Source of the DNA: Mobula hypostoma
Taxonomy: Eukaryota
NCBI RefSeq assembly: GCF_963921235.1
Contig: NW_026948113.1
Location: 248,001 to 312,000, forward strand
DNA length: 64,000 nucleotides
Direction: 5' to 3'
Shown here: one piece after another, positions 61,790 to 64,000 of the stretch
How positions within the stretch are numbered: position 1 is the first letter of the stretch
Layout: each line of letters starts with the position of its first letter
Made by a program: the position numbers and the translations under genes
The notes under the pieces: generated by a model
What the model was told of the DNA's origin: nothing
Database searches by the model: none
Seen by the model: the letters and a program-made list of their open reading frames with translations, nothing else

Positions 61790-62585
61790 CTTCAGGGATT
61801 AGAGGAGGAGAGAGTCAGCATCTTTAAATTCCTGGGCATTATCATTTCAGAAAATCCTGGGTCCAATACATAACTTCCATTATAAAGAAGGCACAGCAAC
61901 ACCTTACTTTGTTACCCCAAGTTTCTTAGAAGTTTGCAAAGGTTCAGCATGTCATCTAAAACTTTGACACACTTCTATTGATGTGCAGTGGAGAGTACAT
62001 TGATTAGTTTCATCTTGGCCTGGTATGGAATCACGAACGCTCTTGAACAGAAAAGCCAACAAGAAGTAGTGAATACAGCTCACTCCATAATGGATAAAGC
62101 CCTCCCCACCACTGAGTATATCCAGAAGGGACACTATCGCAAGAAATAAGCATTCATCATTGATGACCCCTTCTCGTTGCTGCCATCAGAAAGGAGGCAG
62201 GGGAGCCTTAGGTGCCACACCACTAGATTCAGAAACAGTTATTACCCGTCAAGCATTGGAGAAGGGATAACTACATTCAACTTCATTGACCCCAAAACTG
62301 AACTGATTCCATAACTTATGGAGGCACTTTCAAGAACTCTCCAACTCATGTTCTCAATATTTGATGCTTATTTATTTATTATTATTATTTTGTATTTGTT
62401 GTCTTTTTGTATTTGCAACAGTTTGTTGTCTTTTACATATTGGTTGTTTGTCCATCCATCAGTTTTTCACTGATTTGATTGTGTTTCTTTGTATGTAATG
62501 TGAATTCCTGCAAAAAAATGGATCTCCAAGTAGTATATGGTGACATATATGTTCTTTGAAAATAAACTCGTTTTGAACTTTGAAG
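61790..62585 (+). mobile_element. Rex1-type LINE 3' fragment
   Basis: RRFSMSSKTLTHFY.CAVESTL motif plus the family 3' UTR. Confidence 0.75.
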
Positions 62586-62959
62586 TGCAGTCTGATTAAT
62601 GTTTTAAAAAGCCCCAGCATTACATCTTTGCTTTTACATTCTAGTCCTCTAGAAATGAATGCCAGCAACATCTTCATTACACTGACTGCAAGGTAACCTT
62701 TAGGGAATCCTGCGCTGATTTTTCTCCCCATTTAGAAAATAGTCTGGCCCTTTGTTCTTTCTATGAAAGTGCATGACCATACACTTCCCTATGCTATATT
62801 CCATCTGCCACTTCTTTGCTCATCTTCCTAATCTTTCTAAGTTTTTCGGCAGACTCTCTCTGTTTCCTCAACACTATATGCCACTATGCAGGGATGTCTT
62901 GTTGTAGCTATAGAGGGTCCTGGTGAAACCCATCAGGAGGTGTATGGTGTGGGTCTCCT

Positions 62960-64000
62960 TATCTCAGGAAGGATGTTCTTGCAGGAAGGTTCAGGGGAAT
63001 ATAACCATATAACAATTACAGCATGGAAACAGGCCATCTCAGCCCTTCTAGTCCGTGCCGAACTCTTACTCTCACCTAATCCCACCGACCTGAACTCAGC
63101 CCATAACCCTCCATTCCTTTCCTGTCCCTATATCTATCCAATTTAACCTTAAATGACAACATCGAACCTGCCTCAACCACTTCTGCTGGAAGCTCGTTCC
63201 ACACAGCTACCACTCTCTGAGTAAAGAAGTTCCCCCTCATGTTACCCCTAAACTTTTGCCCTTTAACTCTCAACTCAAGTCCTCTTGTTTGAATCTCCCC
63301 CACTCTCAATGGAAAAAGCCTATCCATGTCAACTCTATCAAGTCCCCCCTCAACCTTCTACGCTCCAAGGAATAAAGACCTAATTTGTTCAACCTTTCTC
63401 TGTAACTTAGGTGATGAAACCCAGACAACATTTTAGTAAATCTCCTCTGTACTCTCTCAATTTTATTGACATCTTTCCTATAATTCGGTGACCAGAACTG
63501 TACATAATACTCCAAATCTGGTCTTACACAATTTCAACATTACATCCCAACTCCTATACTCAATGCTCTGATTTATAAAGGCCAGCATACCAAAAGCTTT
63601 CTTCACCACCCTATCTACATGAGATTCCACCTTCAGGGAACTATGCACCATTATTCCTAGATCCCTCTGTTCTACTGCATTCTTCATTTACCATGCATGT
63701 CCTATTTTGATTAGTCCTACCAAAACGTAGCATCTCATATTTATCAGTATTAAACTCCATCTGCCATCTTTCAGCCCACTCTTCTAACTGGCCTAAATCT
63801 CTCTGCAAGCTTTGGAAACCTACTTCATTATCCACAACTCCACCTATCTTAGTATCATCTGCATACTTACTAATCCAATTTACAACCCTTCATCCAGATC
63901 ATTAGTATATATGACAAACAACACTGGACCCAGTACAGATCCCTGAGGCACACCGCTAGACACCGTCCTCCAATACGACAAACAGTTATCCACCACTACT
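62960..64000 (-). mobile_element. CR1 LINE 3' portion running off the window
   Basis: [29 protein letters not shown] and FFTQRVVAVWNELP motifs in shifted frames. Confidence 0.92.

Overview
Repeat-dense vertebrate genomic DNA, most likely from a cartilaginous fish and probably a ray (inferred from the beta-2-microglobulin sequence and the repeat families). Only one host gene is supported: a complete four-exon beta-2-microglobulin gene (B2M) on the minus strand. Exon 1 CDS is 35906-35957, exon 2 is 27010-27288, exon 3 is 24616-24638, and non-coding exon 4 runs from 24529 to about 23790. It encodes a 112-aa precursor with canonical GT-AG junctions. Its proximal promoter contains a recognisable MHC-type X1/X2-Y (SXY) module, GC/CCAAT boxes, a TATA-like element and an initiator. 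A second CpG-rich regulatory cluster (GAS, ISRE-like, NRF1, AP-1) lies about 1.3 kb further upstream. Almost everything else is transposon debris: CR1, Rex1/Babar, RTE and Nimb/I-type LINEs, Penelope-like fragments carrying minimal hammerhead-ribozyme motifs (often as fold-backs), three hAT elements, a Tc1, a Tigger-like element, solo LTRs and SINEs, many of them nested. I did not find a wholly new gene system. The best leads are the conserved B2M enhanceosome site, unusual beta2m residues, the hammerhead fold-backs, a perfect 44-bp hairpin, and a few unexplained or templated insertions.
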